A DNA stretch of 64,000 nt from Lama guanicoe (taxonomy: Eukaryota): the NCBI GenBank assembly GCA_013239625.1, contig MU056905.1:18355481-18419480 (forward strand), given 5' to 3'. The notes beneath the pieces were generated by a model. The model was given only the letters and a program-made list of their open reading frames with translations, ran no database searches and was not told the DNA's origin. Below, one piece after another: positions 32,316-46,542 of this stretch. Numbering within the stretch: the stretch's first letter is position 1; the number at the start of each line of letters is the position of its first letter. The position numbers and the translations under genes are program-made.

Positions 32316-35139
32316 GAAGCCCCTGCGTCCCCTTCCTTAACCCCACTTCTTTGCTTCCTGAGTTCAGGCCCTAAGATAGTCACTGTCTTGAATCTGGTAT
32401 TTATTGCTCACATGGATGGATTCCTATCCTCTTAATACATATATTTATGTATCCATAAAAACAGATGGCATTGTTTTTTTATTTTCAAACTTGACAGAAA
32501 TGGTACCATACTTTACAAAGCATTCTACAAGCTGCTTTTGATACTTTGCGTTTTTTTTAAATCTATCCACACTGACGCATGTAGCTCTCATTTAATGGCA
32601 ACTGTGTGAGTGTACCACAATTTATTTGTCCATTCTCCTGTAGATGGAATTTAGGTTATTTACATTTTTCACTATTGGAAACTGGCTCTAATGAATTTTT
32701 TTGTACCTGTTGCCTTGTGTGTAGGCCCAGACATGGAATCACCAGGTCCAAGAGCACCTGTGTCTTACAAGATAGTGCCAAATTGCTAAGCAAAATCTTT
32801 CATATCCTCTGTAAGAAATATAACATTTGCCATTTGAAGGGTGTGAAATGTTATCATCTTTGTAAGTTGTAGTACCATAATTACTAAAAAGGTGCAACCT
32901 TTTTTCATATGATTATTGTCCATCTGAATTCCCTCCTCTGTGAACTGTCTATTCACATTCTTTGTCCGTTTTTCTATTGGGATACTAGTCTTTTAATAAA
33001 GTACTTGAAGGGATTTATCATACATTCTGGTTATAATCCTCTGTTAGTTATATGCATTGCAAAATATCTTCCCCCTTTCTGTGGCTTCTGTCTTTTAACT
33101 TTGTTCATCTTATGCTTATTATATAGAAATTCAAAATCCAAGTGCAGTCAACCCTGGCAATATTTCCCTTATGATCTGTTCTTTTTTTGTGCCTTTTTAA
33201 AGAAATAATTTCCTATTCCAAGGTCATTAATATCACCAGTATCTTCTAAAAGGTTTAAGTTTTTTTTTTTTCCATTTAGATGTCTCATTTCAGAAATTAT
33301 AGGCATGGAATCTAGTTTTATTTATCCTAAAATGCTTGTCCCAGAACATTTACCCACTGATTTTTTTCATGCCATCTCTGTCACATAGATCATCTCTACA
33401 ATCCTCTTGTTTTTGAGACAACAAAGCAAGAATCTGATGAAGCGAAGATAAGTTTCATGTCATTCTGTACTGGGCATCTCTGTTGTTTCATTACTCTTTG
33501 TCAAGCCCTGTTAGAAGACCATATCATCTGACTCCTTAATAAAACTATCAGGTAAGCAAGTCTCTACACCTTGTTCTCCCTTACCTTCAAGATTTTTTTT
33601 TTTTTTTTACTATTCTTGACTGCTTTTCTGTATGAATTTTAACATCAGGTTTTCAAAATCAAAGGGAAAAAAGTTAAGAACTGGACTGGAATACCACTTG
33701 ATTTATACATTTGAAGGGTGTATCTTCTTGACGTTGAGTTTTTCCAAACATGAAGAAGGTATATTTCAACACTATTAAAAAATTTTTTTTCTTGAAGGTC
33801 TTAAAAACAATTTTTGTTATAATTATTTTATGGGTAACTTTCTGTTGCTATTTTGAATGAATATAGATACAGATAGACTGATATAGACAGACAGGTAGAA
33901 ATTTAATTATATTTTCTAGTTAATGCTAAGAATGCCAATGATTTTTTTAAAAACCGAATTCAGTAACCTGGCTGAATTCTTATTTGTTCCATTAGTTTAC
34001 AGATTCTCTTCTCTTTGGCAGCCATCATGATATCAATAAAGACAATTTTGTGTTTTCCTTTCCAATCCTTATATTTCATTTCCTTTTCTTATTGCATTGG
34101 CCAGGACCTCCAGTACATATCTATCAGAAACAGCGTTAGAAGGCATTCATGTCTTATTTGCGACTTGAATGGGAAAATTTCTAAGTTTCATGACTTAGTA
34201 TAATGTTTTCTGAAGATTTTTGGATGCTCTTTAACATATTAAGTAAATTCCCTTCTATAGTTTGCCAAGAGTTTTAAAATATTACACTTGAAAGCTGAAT
34301 TTTATCAAATAAGTTTCTTCCTCTGTATCTAAAGAGATGATCATAAGATTTTTCTCTTTTAATTCATTAATGCAATATGTTAATTAGTAATTTTATGACA
34401 TTGAACCATACTTTAATTCTTGGCATAGGCCTTATTAATCACAGTTTTAAAAAATTTACTGCAGGATTTGACCTGCTAGTATTTTATTTAGAATTTTGTT
34501 GTCTATATTTATATGTGATTGGGTCATAATTTTCTTTTTCTCTACAGCTCTTCCAAGATTTTGAAACTGAGGTTATATTAATTTCATAAAGTTAACTGTA
34601 TAGCTTTCCTTCTTTTGTTTTTACTCTCTAAAATATTGATTTTCATGTTCATTTTCATAAACTAAGGATTTCATGTTTCTTAAAAGTTTAGTAAAATTTG
34701 CAATTCACGACTGATTTTTTTGAGGGAAGAGATCTTTTCATTTACTGTGATTATTCTTTGATCTTATTTCCAATATTCTTTTTTATATTTTGAGTTTACC
34801 ATCCTTTTTCTATACTTCTTTTACCTTCTCAGTTCTTGCCATTTAAGTTTTTGCATTTTTCCTCGGTAAATTATGATTCTATTCTTTCAGTGATGATCTC
34901 TTCATTTGTTGACATATATCCTGTATGTCTATTAAACCCAAACTATAAATTTTCAACAACTATTTGGTATTCCAATACAAAGATCTTAGCATCCTTGAAC
35001 TATTTCTTGAAAATTCTCTTCCCACCACCCCATGTTGTATTGTTTCCTAGAATTTTTACCTTTTTGAAACACACAAAAATTAGATTTTAAATTATAACCA
35101 AAAGTTAATTAAATGTGCTTACATACTTTAAATTTTCTT

Positions 35140-35680
35140 TTGTCTTAAAACAAGGCCCCCAATTTCTCTGACATTCCTTCCCTGGAAAACTGGGGATCTG
35201 TGCATCCCCTTCAATCTTGGTAGGTTTGTGACTTCTCTGATCATCAGGGTATGGGGGAAGTGACATGTTCATTTGTGAAACTGGGCCATAAAAGGCAATG
35301 TGGTTCCCCACTCGGCACGCTCACACGGGGGGCCTGAGCCACCATGTGACAAGTTCAACTATTCAGAGGCCACTGTGCTGTGAGGAAAGCGAACCACATG
35401 GAGAGGCCACTTGAAGGCACCCTGATCAGCATTTCTAGTCTTCAAGTCATCCCAGCCCCGGCACCAGACATATGAGGGAAGAAGCCTCAAAAAGATTCCA
35501 GCCTCCAGGTGCCGATTCATTACCAGCGTTTGAGTCTTCCCTTCCAAGGCCCCAGACATCACAGGATAGAGACAAGCCACCCTGTCCAAATTCCTGACCC
35601 ACAGAATCCATACGTATAATATTGTTTTAAGCCACTAAACTTTGTGGTAATTTGTTAAACAGCAACAATAACTAGAATCT
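35140..35680 (+). mobile_element. MaLR solo LTR (MLT1-type)
   Basis: Characteristic 3' end aaattcctgacccacagaatcc...tgttttaagccactaaactttgtggtaatttgttaaacagcaacaataactagaa. Confidence 0.8.
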
Positions 35681-38600
35681 CATTGTTTCTTACACACAAG
35701 ACTTTAGCTATGTGTTTATTTTTCCTCTTACTGAAATATACCCTTCAATATTTTTTAAAGCGAAGCTCTGTAAGTGCTATAATTTTCTTAGTTTTTGTGT
35801 AACTGAATACTTTTCTTTGCCCTCACTCTTGAATACTGGTTGATAGTTCTTTGTTCTCAACACTTAAGAGATATTATTCCATTGTCTTCTGGCATCCCTA
35901 ATTACTCATGATAGTCTAATTATTATTCTTTTCTCTTATAGCTTAAATTTTTAATCCATCCATATGGTTTTAGAAAAACCATCAGTGAAGATTAAGCAAA
36001 TTTTTCTAGCCTTTTTGTGCCATGCATCTGGGCAGAAGGTATCTGTCTTAATTGTGGTAACTGAAAAAGCATGGGTTTTGTACTTGCCATATTGATCTTG
36101 GGCAAGAAAATTCTCCATCTCTGTAATTATCTGCCTTGCAGAGTCAATGTGAGAATTAAATGGGAGTACATACTTCCTAAATACTTGTTATAAAGAGTAC
36201 CATCATCCTGCCTTTGCTTCATGTGCTACCATGGCTTCCTCATTCACTACACTGAGGGCAGTTACTAGCAGATCTCATAAGTTGCTGTGAAAATTAAGTG
36301 AGAAAGTGCATAATATTAGGCCTAGTGTATACTAAGCCCTGAATAAACATTGTTTTGCTTTTATTTGTAGTATTCAACTGAAGAAAGTTAGACGAAGTGG
36401 TGGCAGTGTGGCTCTAGCATGGGATATGTCCCTGGTGGAGCTCAGCTCAATTTTCTGTGTGTCCTCAGAAAGTCCCCTCTCCTCTCTGGGTCTCTGCCTC
36501 CTCTCCTGAATACAGGGAAAGCTATTCCTGCCTCCTCCTGGTGCTTGGCAGGGGCCTGAGTGACATTTCAAATCTCAAGATTCTCTAATTTAGCAGGTTC
36601 TGGGTGCGACAGCGAGGCCAGGACATCTGAACATTGAGAAGCTGTCTAGAAGGCCCTGCCATGGCCACTTGGTCTGGGAGCTGCTCCCTGACAGAACTGC
36701 TCCCGCACAGCCTCCCCGGCCCTGCCCAAGTGGGTGAGCTTCGATGCTAGGCCAGAAAACAGGGTGAAAACTTGGGGACTGATATGTAGTCTTGCCCCCT
36801 TAGCCGTCAAGTCCAGGGCTGCTTTTCCGACTGTTTGGTGCTGAAGTACTTTCTGGAACTACTGTTGCCTCCCGGATGTTCCTCACAGTGAAACAGGGGC
36901 ATCTGGTGAACACCCGAGTGAAGGGGTAAAGGCGCCTGCACTGACTCAGGATACAGGTATCAGAGTAATCAACAGAAAATGTGTTGTTGTTTTAAATAGA
37001 ACCTCTAGTTTCCTCAGCCCCATTAGGATGAAAAGTTCATTGCCTGCTAGCCTACCTTTGCTGACTAATTTTGCTAGGAAGTGCTGCTTGCAGCACAGAA
37101 AGAAAGTCTGGCTACTTTAGTTCACAGCATAGGCTCTTTCAGTGAAAAGGAATTAGGGAGAAAAGAGTGAAAAGGAATTAAGGAGAAGAAAGGAGTCAAC
37201 TACCTTTGAAAGCGGCTGCTCTGGGAAGAGGTGATAGAGTCCCCCCGCTGGATTATTGTGATATTCCACACGATCACTGTGACGGTCAGCCTGCTACGCG
37301 GACACACAGACCCTCTACCATTCACAGCGACAAGAATCGTGTGGGGGTTATAAGATATATAGAGCTGGCCCCTGTGGTTGGGAGGAGGGGCCAGGGAACA
37401 GAGGGCTCTTTTTCCTAATTAGCTGTTTTTATACAGGGAACACATGACCCAAACACAACCACCAACTGTGTCTTTGACATATACAGGCAGAAAGGGGGAG
37501 CTGGGCTTTTGTCTGCCACAAATTCTTTCAACTTGCCTGTCATCCCAAGCTGCAAAACTCAACAATGAGTCGGATGAGCAGGACCACTTTAGATAGTTTG
37601 CTAAATGGACTTGGAGACAGGTATTATTTCCATCTGTTCAGAGTTGGAAAATACCGTAAAAGTGAAATTGGGTTAATATCTTTTTCTTTCCTTTTCTAAA
37701 AGAATCTTTGTGACCATTTTTTCCATTTTCCTGAGTTTCCAGTGTATCCTAAAATAGTGTGTGGTTCAAAGAGAAACAAATACATTTTAAGGAACAATTT
37801 TTTTTCAGTAATAAATCCAACCCATTCACTGAACCCTAATTGTTCTACTGTCCAAACTTCTTTTATCAGACTGTTAACTTAGTAAATACAAATGAATTTC
37901 AAATATCAAGTGCAAGGGCACTTGATAACATACACAGTTTAAGAATCTGCAAACTGAAGAATAAGATATAAAGCAAGGAAAAGATGCTTGTTTTGTGGAT
38001 GTGTATATGTTTATTTGTGTGATATCACTGATTCTTTGATTCTGAAGCAATGAAAAAAATCTCAAATATTTTTCAACCATCTGCTTAACTGAAAGCAGTT
38101 ATACATGAATGATTTTCCCAGAGCCAGAGGTAACATGTGCTAACACTAACTATGCTGAACTGGAAGTCATCAAAATGCCATGCCTGATGGCACTGCCCAG
38201 GTAGCAGGCACCAGAGCATTTCTATACAGCTCAAAGAGAATTTCCATCTGTAGCCATGGTGCGGGCAGGTTCAGAGGACTTCCCAATGCTGAGATTAAAG
38301 AAATCCACAACAAAACGCTTCTCCAATTGGGTAAACACAGTCTTTCATGGACAGAGCTGTTTAGAAAAAATAGTGCCCTCTTTGTTTCANNNNNNNNNNN
38401 NNNNNNNNNNNNNNNNNNNNNNNNNNNNNNNNNNNNNNNNNNNNNNNNNNNNNNNNNNNNNNNNNNNNNNNNNNNNNNNNNNNNNNNNNNNNNNNNNNNN
38501 NNNNNNNNNNNNNNNNNNNNNNNNNNNNNNNNNNNNNNNNNNNNNGTAAAACAGAGAACTGAAGCAATTACCCAGAAAGTTTACCAACAGGCTTTTGCTG

Positions 38601-39389
38601 AAATGCCTAGAAAATTGAGGCCAAAGTGTTTTGAGATTTTAAATGTCTGGATAATGCCTTAAAGTCCCACTTTGCTAATGATGACCCGGACTCAATGCAC
38701 ACACCATTCTTTCCACTGAAAAACAGCATTCACCCCAAGTCAGTGAGTAGGTTCTTGCCCACAGAGAATATTGTAAGCACCTCTGGGCAGAGATTTCCAT
38801 CCTGTTACACTGGAAAACAGGAGACGAGGACTTGGGGTAGGGATGTCTCCTGGAGGTGATGAAAACCCAAAGGGTCAGTAAAACAAAAGGGAAAATGAAT
38901 GCAAAAGCCCTTTTCTAGGGATCAGACTGGGACATGTTTTCAAAGAAAACTTCACACCGTCTACCCACTGCTGGCGTGTCAATCAAGCCGTTCGCAAATG
39001 TTTGAACTCAGAGGCTTCTCCATGTGCCCAGTATTGGCAAATCCACACTATGAAATTTGGCAAAGTAGTACTGTGGAAGCAGCCATCACTGGGGACTTTC
39101 AGAAAAAGGGGAGCACAGTCACTGCTATTTACTCCTCCTTAAACTTAAATAATATGATTTGTGTGCAGACCTCTCATTTTCAGTTTGGTATACTTCTGCT
39201 TTGGCATGCAATGCCATCTTTCTCCCTGAAAATCCTATCAAAGTCACATCCCCCAGAACAGATAACATTTCCAGGTAACATCCTTGTGGCCTCAGAGACA
39301 GCAAGACCATGGCTGACTCCTGAGAGGTGGATTTAATACATGGAGCCAGAGAAAGTGTTCGGATGTGGGGAGGGCTGGGGTGGCCTTAC

Positions 39390-39507
39390 CAAAGCTGGGG
39401 GCACTGTGCAAGGTCATGTCCCGGATCACCCTCGTGCCAAAACAGGACCACATCAAGAGGAACTGCTGGGCCACCTTCTTCAGAGACCCTTGTTTCTTGG
39501 CAGCCAC
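39390..39507 (-). CDS. RFX4: RFX4 coding exon 13 (118 bp), dimerization region
   Basis: [39 protein letters not shown](G), containing the conserved RFX-family FLLxWS...VIRDxTLxSAxSF motif. Acceptor ttgtag|GTG, donor G|gtaagg. Confidence 0.97.
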
Positions 39508-39930
39508 CTACAAGAGAGTGAACGGCTTTAAGAGTGGTTCACTTGACCTGTGTTTATTACTGTCTCTTATAAAAACAACATGAAGGCTTATGGGTCTCAA
39601 AGTTCAGTGTTATAGAGCAATGGTTTCTGACTTGTTTTTAGCAGCAAAAATCCACTTTAAAAAATGAAATCTTATGTCAAGACCCAACGTGCACTATAGA
39701 TAAAAGTGATTCTGACCTGACTGGCCCAGGGAAGGGAGACTTTGCCTTGCCTCCTGTGACCCCACCCCAACCCTGAGGGGGGCCCAGGCCTCTCCTGGAA
39801 ACCCTAGCGCTCCAAGGCTGCCGAGGGACTCTCAGACTGCTCACTGTGGGGCTCTGTATTACCCAAGTGTCATCGAGGCGAGTGCTGGGCTGCTGTACCC
39901 GGGCTGCACCTTCTGCTCCAGCTTACCAAC

Positions 39931-40025
39931 CTTCACAACACACCGGTCCACCATGGTGTCCAGCCACTCGATGTAGGACTCTATGGGAGACTGCTCCTCC
40001 AGGAGGTGGTCAAACTCCTGATACA
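39931..40025 (-). CDS. RFX4: RFX4 coding exon 12 (95 bp), dimerization region
   Basis: (L)[31 protein letters not shown]. Acceptor tgacag|TG, in-frame donor AAG|gttggt. Confidence 0.96.
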
Positions 40026-41214
40026 CTGTCAGGCAAAGGAGAACCCACACACTGTGCAGTTGTGTTTAAACAGAGATACATCTTAAAAGAACACAGGGAT
40101 ACAACTGAATAAAATAAATCTCTAAAGTCTTAGCAAGGCATTCAAGGATTTAGAAAACACACCACAACTTACCTTTAAACCCTGGTCATCCCATGTCACT
40201 TGCCATTTCCCCAACAAACCCTGCTTTTCTCAGGCAGGTCCCTCTGCTTGGACTGTCTAGTCTGTCATGATCCAGCTGAAATGATCCTTCCACGAAATCC
40301 TGTTTGCCCTCCCCATGCCACTCATCAGCAGAACCGATCACTCATCATCTGTACTTCCATAGCACTTTATGACTGTATTCTACTTTCACTGAATCACTAA
40401 TAGCACTGTCTTGACGTTAGGGGGGTATGTGTGTGGCGGGGGTTATGTCTGCTCCCTGTTAACTATTTTGTCTGATACCTTTGTTAGTTGGCACATTACT
40501 TGTGATAGAGCTCGCTTGTGGGAGTGCATACAGGCACTGCTGCTCTCTCACTCTCTGCCCTGTGGTAGGGTAAGGAGCCTAACCAGCATCTCAGTGCTTG
40601 ACATGTAGTAGATGCTTAGTAAATACTGGTGGAGTAAAGGAAACAATCTCTGGTCCTCAGTTTCCGCATTAGTAAAAGGAGGGTAATCTTAACATTTTAT
40701 ACCCTGTCTTCAGGTGCAAGTCAAATAACTGAATCTGGAAGGACTTGAAATCAGCGAAGCATTGTAGAAAACAGAAACATCACTGTGGTGATCTCTAATT
40801 CAAAGTATCTCTTTTTATTATATTTTTTGCGCTTTTGTATGTGGAGCTCAATAAAATCAAACCACAATTCAAGATTCACACATTCCAGTAGTTTTCATTT
40901 ACCTGAACATATTTTACTTGACTGATAACTCCTCCAAGAGGTCAGCTTCCAGGACCTGAAGTCATACATTTTAGAGTGAGAAAGGGCTTTAGAGGCCCAT
41001 TTAATTGATCTGTCACATTTTATAGATGAAGAAGCTATGTGTTAGAGGTTAAACAACCCCCTCAAAGTCCAAGGGTGAGTTAGTGACAGAGTAGGAACTA
41101 GAACCCAAGTCGCTGACTTTATCTTTGGTGTTCCTTCATTCTTTACAACATTGTATGTGTATCTGAGCTATTGTGCTTCAATCAATGATGCTAATGACCT
41201 GGTGGCAATGAAAG

Positions 41215-41700
41215 TGCTAACTGCTAACATTTACTGAGTGCTTGCCACCTGCCAGGCACTCTTCTAAAATGTTTTACATGTACATACTTGTTTAATCTTA
41301 GACAACCCCTAGGATGTGCATGTCATGAGGCCAGGACCTAGAATAGTTTTGGTACATAGTAATTGCTCAAATGTTTGTTGAATGAATGGATGAGCAGCCT
41401 ATAGAGGTAGGTACTGTAATGACCCCCATTTGACAATTGAGAAAATTGAGGCACTCAGAGATGAGTGACTTTCCAAAGGTTTCACAGCTGGTGAATGGCA
41501 GAGGCATGTTTCAAACCTGACTCAAGTTCTTGCCTCCTAACCTCTTCTCTACACTAGTCCTACACTGTGTACCAGGCACATGGCACACCTTATCTGATTT
41601 AATCCCTTTGCATTTTACCCATTTTACAGATTTGGAAGCCAAGGTCACAGAGCACCAGAGCCAGGGTTTGAATCAAGGTCTGTCGAGCATCCCAACCACT
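41215..41700 (-). mobile_element. MIR cluster with embedded L2 tail
   Basis: aacatttactgagtgctt...ccaggcactcttctaa; gagaaaattgaggcactcagagatgagtgactttccaaagg. Confidence 0.65.
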
Positions 41701-43979
41701 GTACCACTTAATGCTCATTCTAATCAGCATGCTCAAGTCCCAAAGTGCATTTTTTAAATTAAGGTAAATCAAGCAACCCTAGCCAGCATTTATATCACAG
41801 ATGTGATGGTAACCGCTCCCCATACCTCCAAAGCAAGAATTTGCAGATTTGTCAATTGGTTGTAAGGTAAGGAGAGTGCAGCACAGCATATAGTTTCCCC
41901 TGGTCCTACTCAAACTGAACTTCGGCCCAGCTTACTGTGTTTGGGGGCTCACATCCCAGCTGTCAGGGAGGAGCAGGGATGACACCTGTGTGCCAGGCCA
42001 TCTGCTTTACGGCTTGATGCCCTTCCTCAACCCTCATCCCAGCACTGCATCACATAGCATGTCCTCTTTGGTAAAATGCGACCATTTGTAAATTATGTGT
42101 TCAGTTTCTGATTTGCCATTAGCTGTAAGTTCCATATGGAAAAGGCAGTGTCCGTCTTATTCACTGCTCCATGCTCAGTATCTAATACAGTGCTAGACCC
42201 AGGACAGGCACTCAGGAAGTACCAGCTGGGTTGAACTGAACCTCATCATCACTCCCTCCCTCTAGAAGAATAAAATCACAGACTTAAAGGGCAATACACT
42301 GCTCCCAGCCCAAGAGAGCATGAAAAGAAAGCCCCCAAAGGTTCTCTTTTGGAGAGGCAGTGGTAATCTCTGTTCTGCTCCAGCAAAGTCTCAAAGCCTG
42401 GTCCCTAAAACAAGCAATGGTGACTGTATTTTTCCCTATGAGTCTAGGTCACATTGTCTTCCACCATGAAAGGTGCTGATGGGAGAAGAGAGGTAAATCT
42501 AATGCTGATAGGAGTGGTTAGGAAGTTGGATCACTCTGGGTTTCCACCCATCTGTTTAGTCCTGCACAAACACTGCCTCACCCTATGTGAGGCCTGGGGG
42601 ACACTGCCATCAGGGGTATAGCTAGTACTGTTAGGGTGCTTATAGCCATGCTTTCCATTGCTTTCTTGAAGGAAAAACAGAACAGAGAGCATGACTGTAA
42701 GAACTTGGAAAAATCCTAGAATCTCTAAAGCTTGTCCACATCTCAGTAGTTTTGTCTCCTCTGGTCATGCACTAGTGCAGGTTAGTGACACCGAAACTAG
42801 ACCTAGGTTCCAGGTCCAGCTCTCCTACCTTGGGAAAGGTTCACCAGCTCTCTGAGGCTTTTCTCATCTGAAATATGAGGGTGATAAGTGAATCTTCCCC
42901 ACAGGGCTGATGTAGAGATGTAGCTCTGGGGTCATCAGGAAAGAAGCCTCAGGGAAGGTCCACATGGTCCAACGTTTCAGTTGCTCCATTTGCTTTTAAA
43001 AAGAGGTCTCTAATAGGAACATCTTAGGGAACTTTATTTGCTTATAAAGGAGACATAAGGGACTGGGGGCTCTGAGAGGAGTAGGCCCCTTTTCTCGGGG
43101 AGACAGCAACTCTGCAGCTTCCTGAATGTCACTATTAGGGTCATGGGCCTCACCCATTCAGAAGGTGAGAGCACAGCAGCCGCCAGAGCTCCCACCTCTA
43201 GACAATCTCAGCACCGACCCTTCCCAGAGCTGATGGTGGGAGTGCAGACTCACCCTCCGTCCCTGCACTCCCTTTCCCCCAGAGACATGAGAAAAGAAGG
43301 CTGAACAAAGTAAGAAAGTAGCCAAGAGACTCTGGTCTAGGGGATTCCCCAGGCAGAGGCTGTAACGGGCTGTTGAGGAAGAGCAGAGCTGTGCTGAGGA
43401 TGGTGGTGTTTTCTGGCCCTCTTATGACCTCTGCTGCTAAGAACAGCAACCCAAACACATCAGGATGATACTTGGAGCAGTATTTCCAGTCTCCGTTCAC
43501 AGGGGCATGAACATGTGTTTGCAGAAGTAAATCAACATCCCCCTACTCAATCATCTACTATGATTGAGAGATTCACCTGCCAACAGGTGGGCTGACTCCC
43601 ATGACCCTCCACTGAAAAGCAGGCAGCATGTCCACTTGCCTCCAGGCTGTCATACACTGAGAGAGGCAGCAAGCTTCTGTCCTTATTTGTTGATGCCACC
43701 TAGGGAACTGTGCTCGGCATTAAGAGTCACGAGTGGGGCCTTTTGCCTGACACTGTGTGCTGCCAAATACCCCAGAACCCATTTTCCCCAGCAATGCTGA
43801 CTCAAGTCCTCGTAAATGAACTAGTCCCTCCATCTGGGCCGACCCATTTAACATGAACAACAAGAGGCATGGGGTCCCAGGGAGAAGGACAGGGTGGGAA
43901 TGCCACTTAATTATTCACCAGGATACTCCTTTCTTTTTAAAACAAATAGAAAGACACACTGCCTGGTAGAGCATCTTAC

Positions 43980-44124
43980 ACTGGATAATGAGTTTCCGGT
44001 GCTCATCACGAGAGTCTTCCATGGTGTAAAGGGTTTGCTTGGTGATGCTGTTGAGGTCCACATTCCTCCAGTCTTCCAGCATTTGGAATGTGATGTCTGC
44101 ACTGTGGATCACTGTGCGAGATGC
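43980..44124 (-). CDS. RFX4: RFX4 coding exon 11 (145 bp)
   Basis: [48 protein letters not shown](L). Acceptor ttatag|GCA, donor T|gtaaga. Confidence 0.97.
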
Positions 44125-46542
44125 CTATAATCCAATCCAATCAACTCATTAGTTCATGGGTTGTTAGGTTAAAACCCTCCCTGTGTTTTCTTTTCGTCCT
44201 TTTCAATGAATCTGCCTATGGTATCTTGCAAACTACTTTGTAATTTCAGGAAATCAGTAGATGAGTCTGTAACTCAGAAGATTTGTATACTGCTTTCTCT
44301 GAGGCTCTCTCTCACATCTCTCTTTATAAGAAACTACTCCATGAAGGCCTGGTCAAGACCAAACCTGCTGTTCCCAGCCCCTTTGGTCTTGACCCCACGG
44401 AACAATGGGATGAAGCCCAGAGATCTGTCAGCCTCCTGGTGTGAGTGTGTGGGGTAAGAGCTCTGTGCTTAATAACCTGTGTGTCTCTAGTGCCTGAGAA
44501 GCAACAGACTTAGATCTAGGAATGGTCCTGCTACCCTTGGGCCTATGATAGATTTAACCCTAGAAATTTTACAATGTGTATTTTTCATATTAAATGCATT
44601 CTGAAGTGGTTTATGGTCTAGCTTCCTGGTTTTGCTTTTTTATTTTTTATGTAACTATAATGATTAAAACAAATATGAATATTTGAGATAGAAGAAAAGG
44701 GAAACTCTTCCTTACGACTCAGTGGTTTATTAATGTCTATGTGAGTGTGTATGTGTGTGTGTGTTTAACCAATGGCTTCTTGAGCAAACCCTCATTAGCA
44801 GGACTTAAATATGCAAGCTGGAACAATACTTAGAATCAAGTTGGAACAATACTGATAAAAGCAAAGAAAAACATTTCCAGAATCATTTCCTTTACTTGCA
44901 TGTTTTCAAAAACGTCTTTGGTAAAATGAAACAAGATCTTAAAGACACATGGACATTATTAGGCTCCTAATGCTTGTGAATTTCCAATCAAAGGTAAATA
45001 CTGACAACCCCTTTCACATCTAGAGTGTCCAAACACAGGTAAAATATTACTTAAATCACTGCAGAACTCTTTGCAGGTCATAGAGGCCCAGAATATACAA
45101 ATATATGAAAAATGAGTTGTGTCGGTCTCTAATGATAATGAAAAGAACAGAATGTAAAGGTCTAAGATTCTGGATTCAAATATACTTAGTTCAAATTCTG
45201 GCCTTGCTGCTGACCGTTGATTGACTTGGGCGGGCAAGCAGATTAACCTGTCTCTTGATCTATAAAATGGAGACGTAATAGTACTTATCTCTTAAAGAGG
45301 GCCACTGTTGAGGATTCCTTGCGCTAATTTTGAAAGGTACATAGTTCAGGAAGCAAGAGCTCAATAAACAAAACCACTGTCATGCAGGTTGGTTCTCTCA
45401 GCTGTGATTGCACTGACACCTCAGGGCCTTTGCACAGGGTGCTCCTGCCACAGGAATATTCTTCTCTCACCCTGCCCCAGCCACGCTGCCATCATGTGTG
45501 CACCAACTTAAACACAGCACCTATGGAGAGGCCTTCTCTAATCATCTTATCTAAATAGGACCTAAATGCCCCATTATCCTCTATTCTCATTCTCTTTCCT
45601 TCATAACATTAATCACTTTTTTTTTCCTGTGGAGGACAAGTACCACTAAGCATAAGGGTCTGACACACAGTAGGAACTCAAAAGATGTTGTGGAATGAAT
45701 GCCTCAGATATGAACGCCAAGTCGCTTGCTTAGTATATCCAAAAGGGCCTGAATATCTGGCCCTTGGGTTTAAGCACCTGGAGGTGAGTTTTGGGCTAGA
45801 TGTTGTATAGTCTGACTTGCCTTGCGTGTGTTTAGGAAAGCTTGCTGGGATATTAGCTAAGATGTTTCATGGTGTTTCATTCCCAGCACTAATCCCCGTC
45901 CTTTGGCTAATCCAAGAATATGTCTCATAATTGTCCAGTGAAGATGAAAAATTAGTAACTGCTGATTAAATTACGCACTGTCTGTGTGGGAAGTGGAGTG
46001 TGTGTGTGCGCGTGTGCAGGTGGTTCTACAGCCGCCTTCTGTGTACATGTAGGTTAAAGCCTGTGATGCTCATACATGTACATTAAAGGGTCAAAGACCC
46101 TCTTAAAGTATGTCTATCCTATCTGTATTCTAAATCCATGTCTAGTTCCCTAATATGACCAAAGACCAGCTCTTCCAAGCTAGGGAAAAGAACCACAATA
46201 CATGCACTCTCAGAAATATGTCAGTGTTTCTTTATTTTGCTAATATTCACTTTCTTTCCTGAATCCCATTAATCTGTGAGGCTCTTCCCAATCCCAGAAC
46301 AATGCCCAGGTGTGGCCTCTGTAACAGCATGAATGTGGAAGAGTTTCCCTCTGGTTTCCAAGTAACCCTCTGTGCCATTTGTGCCAGGGGCAGGGCTGGA
46401 ACAGGGAGGCTTGTGTGGGTGTAGTTGTACACTTTTTGGTTCCTGGCCTGGAGGCTTCCTTCAGGCCACTCTAACTAGAGACCTCTCCCTCCTCCTCTGA
46501 CCTTGAATAACTAGCATCAACCCAGAACCAACAGTATAAGGG

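Larger units (their letters stand above)
32030..35950 (-). mobile_element. Old degenerate L1M-type LINE, interrupted by a SINE and an LTR
   Basis: Long T-rich stretch with antisense L1 3'-UTR/ORF2 phrases such as tttatttgtccattctcctgtagatggaatttaggttattt and cttattgcattggccaggacctccagtaca. Boundaries approximate. Confidence 0.75.
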
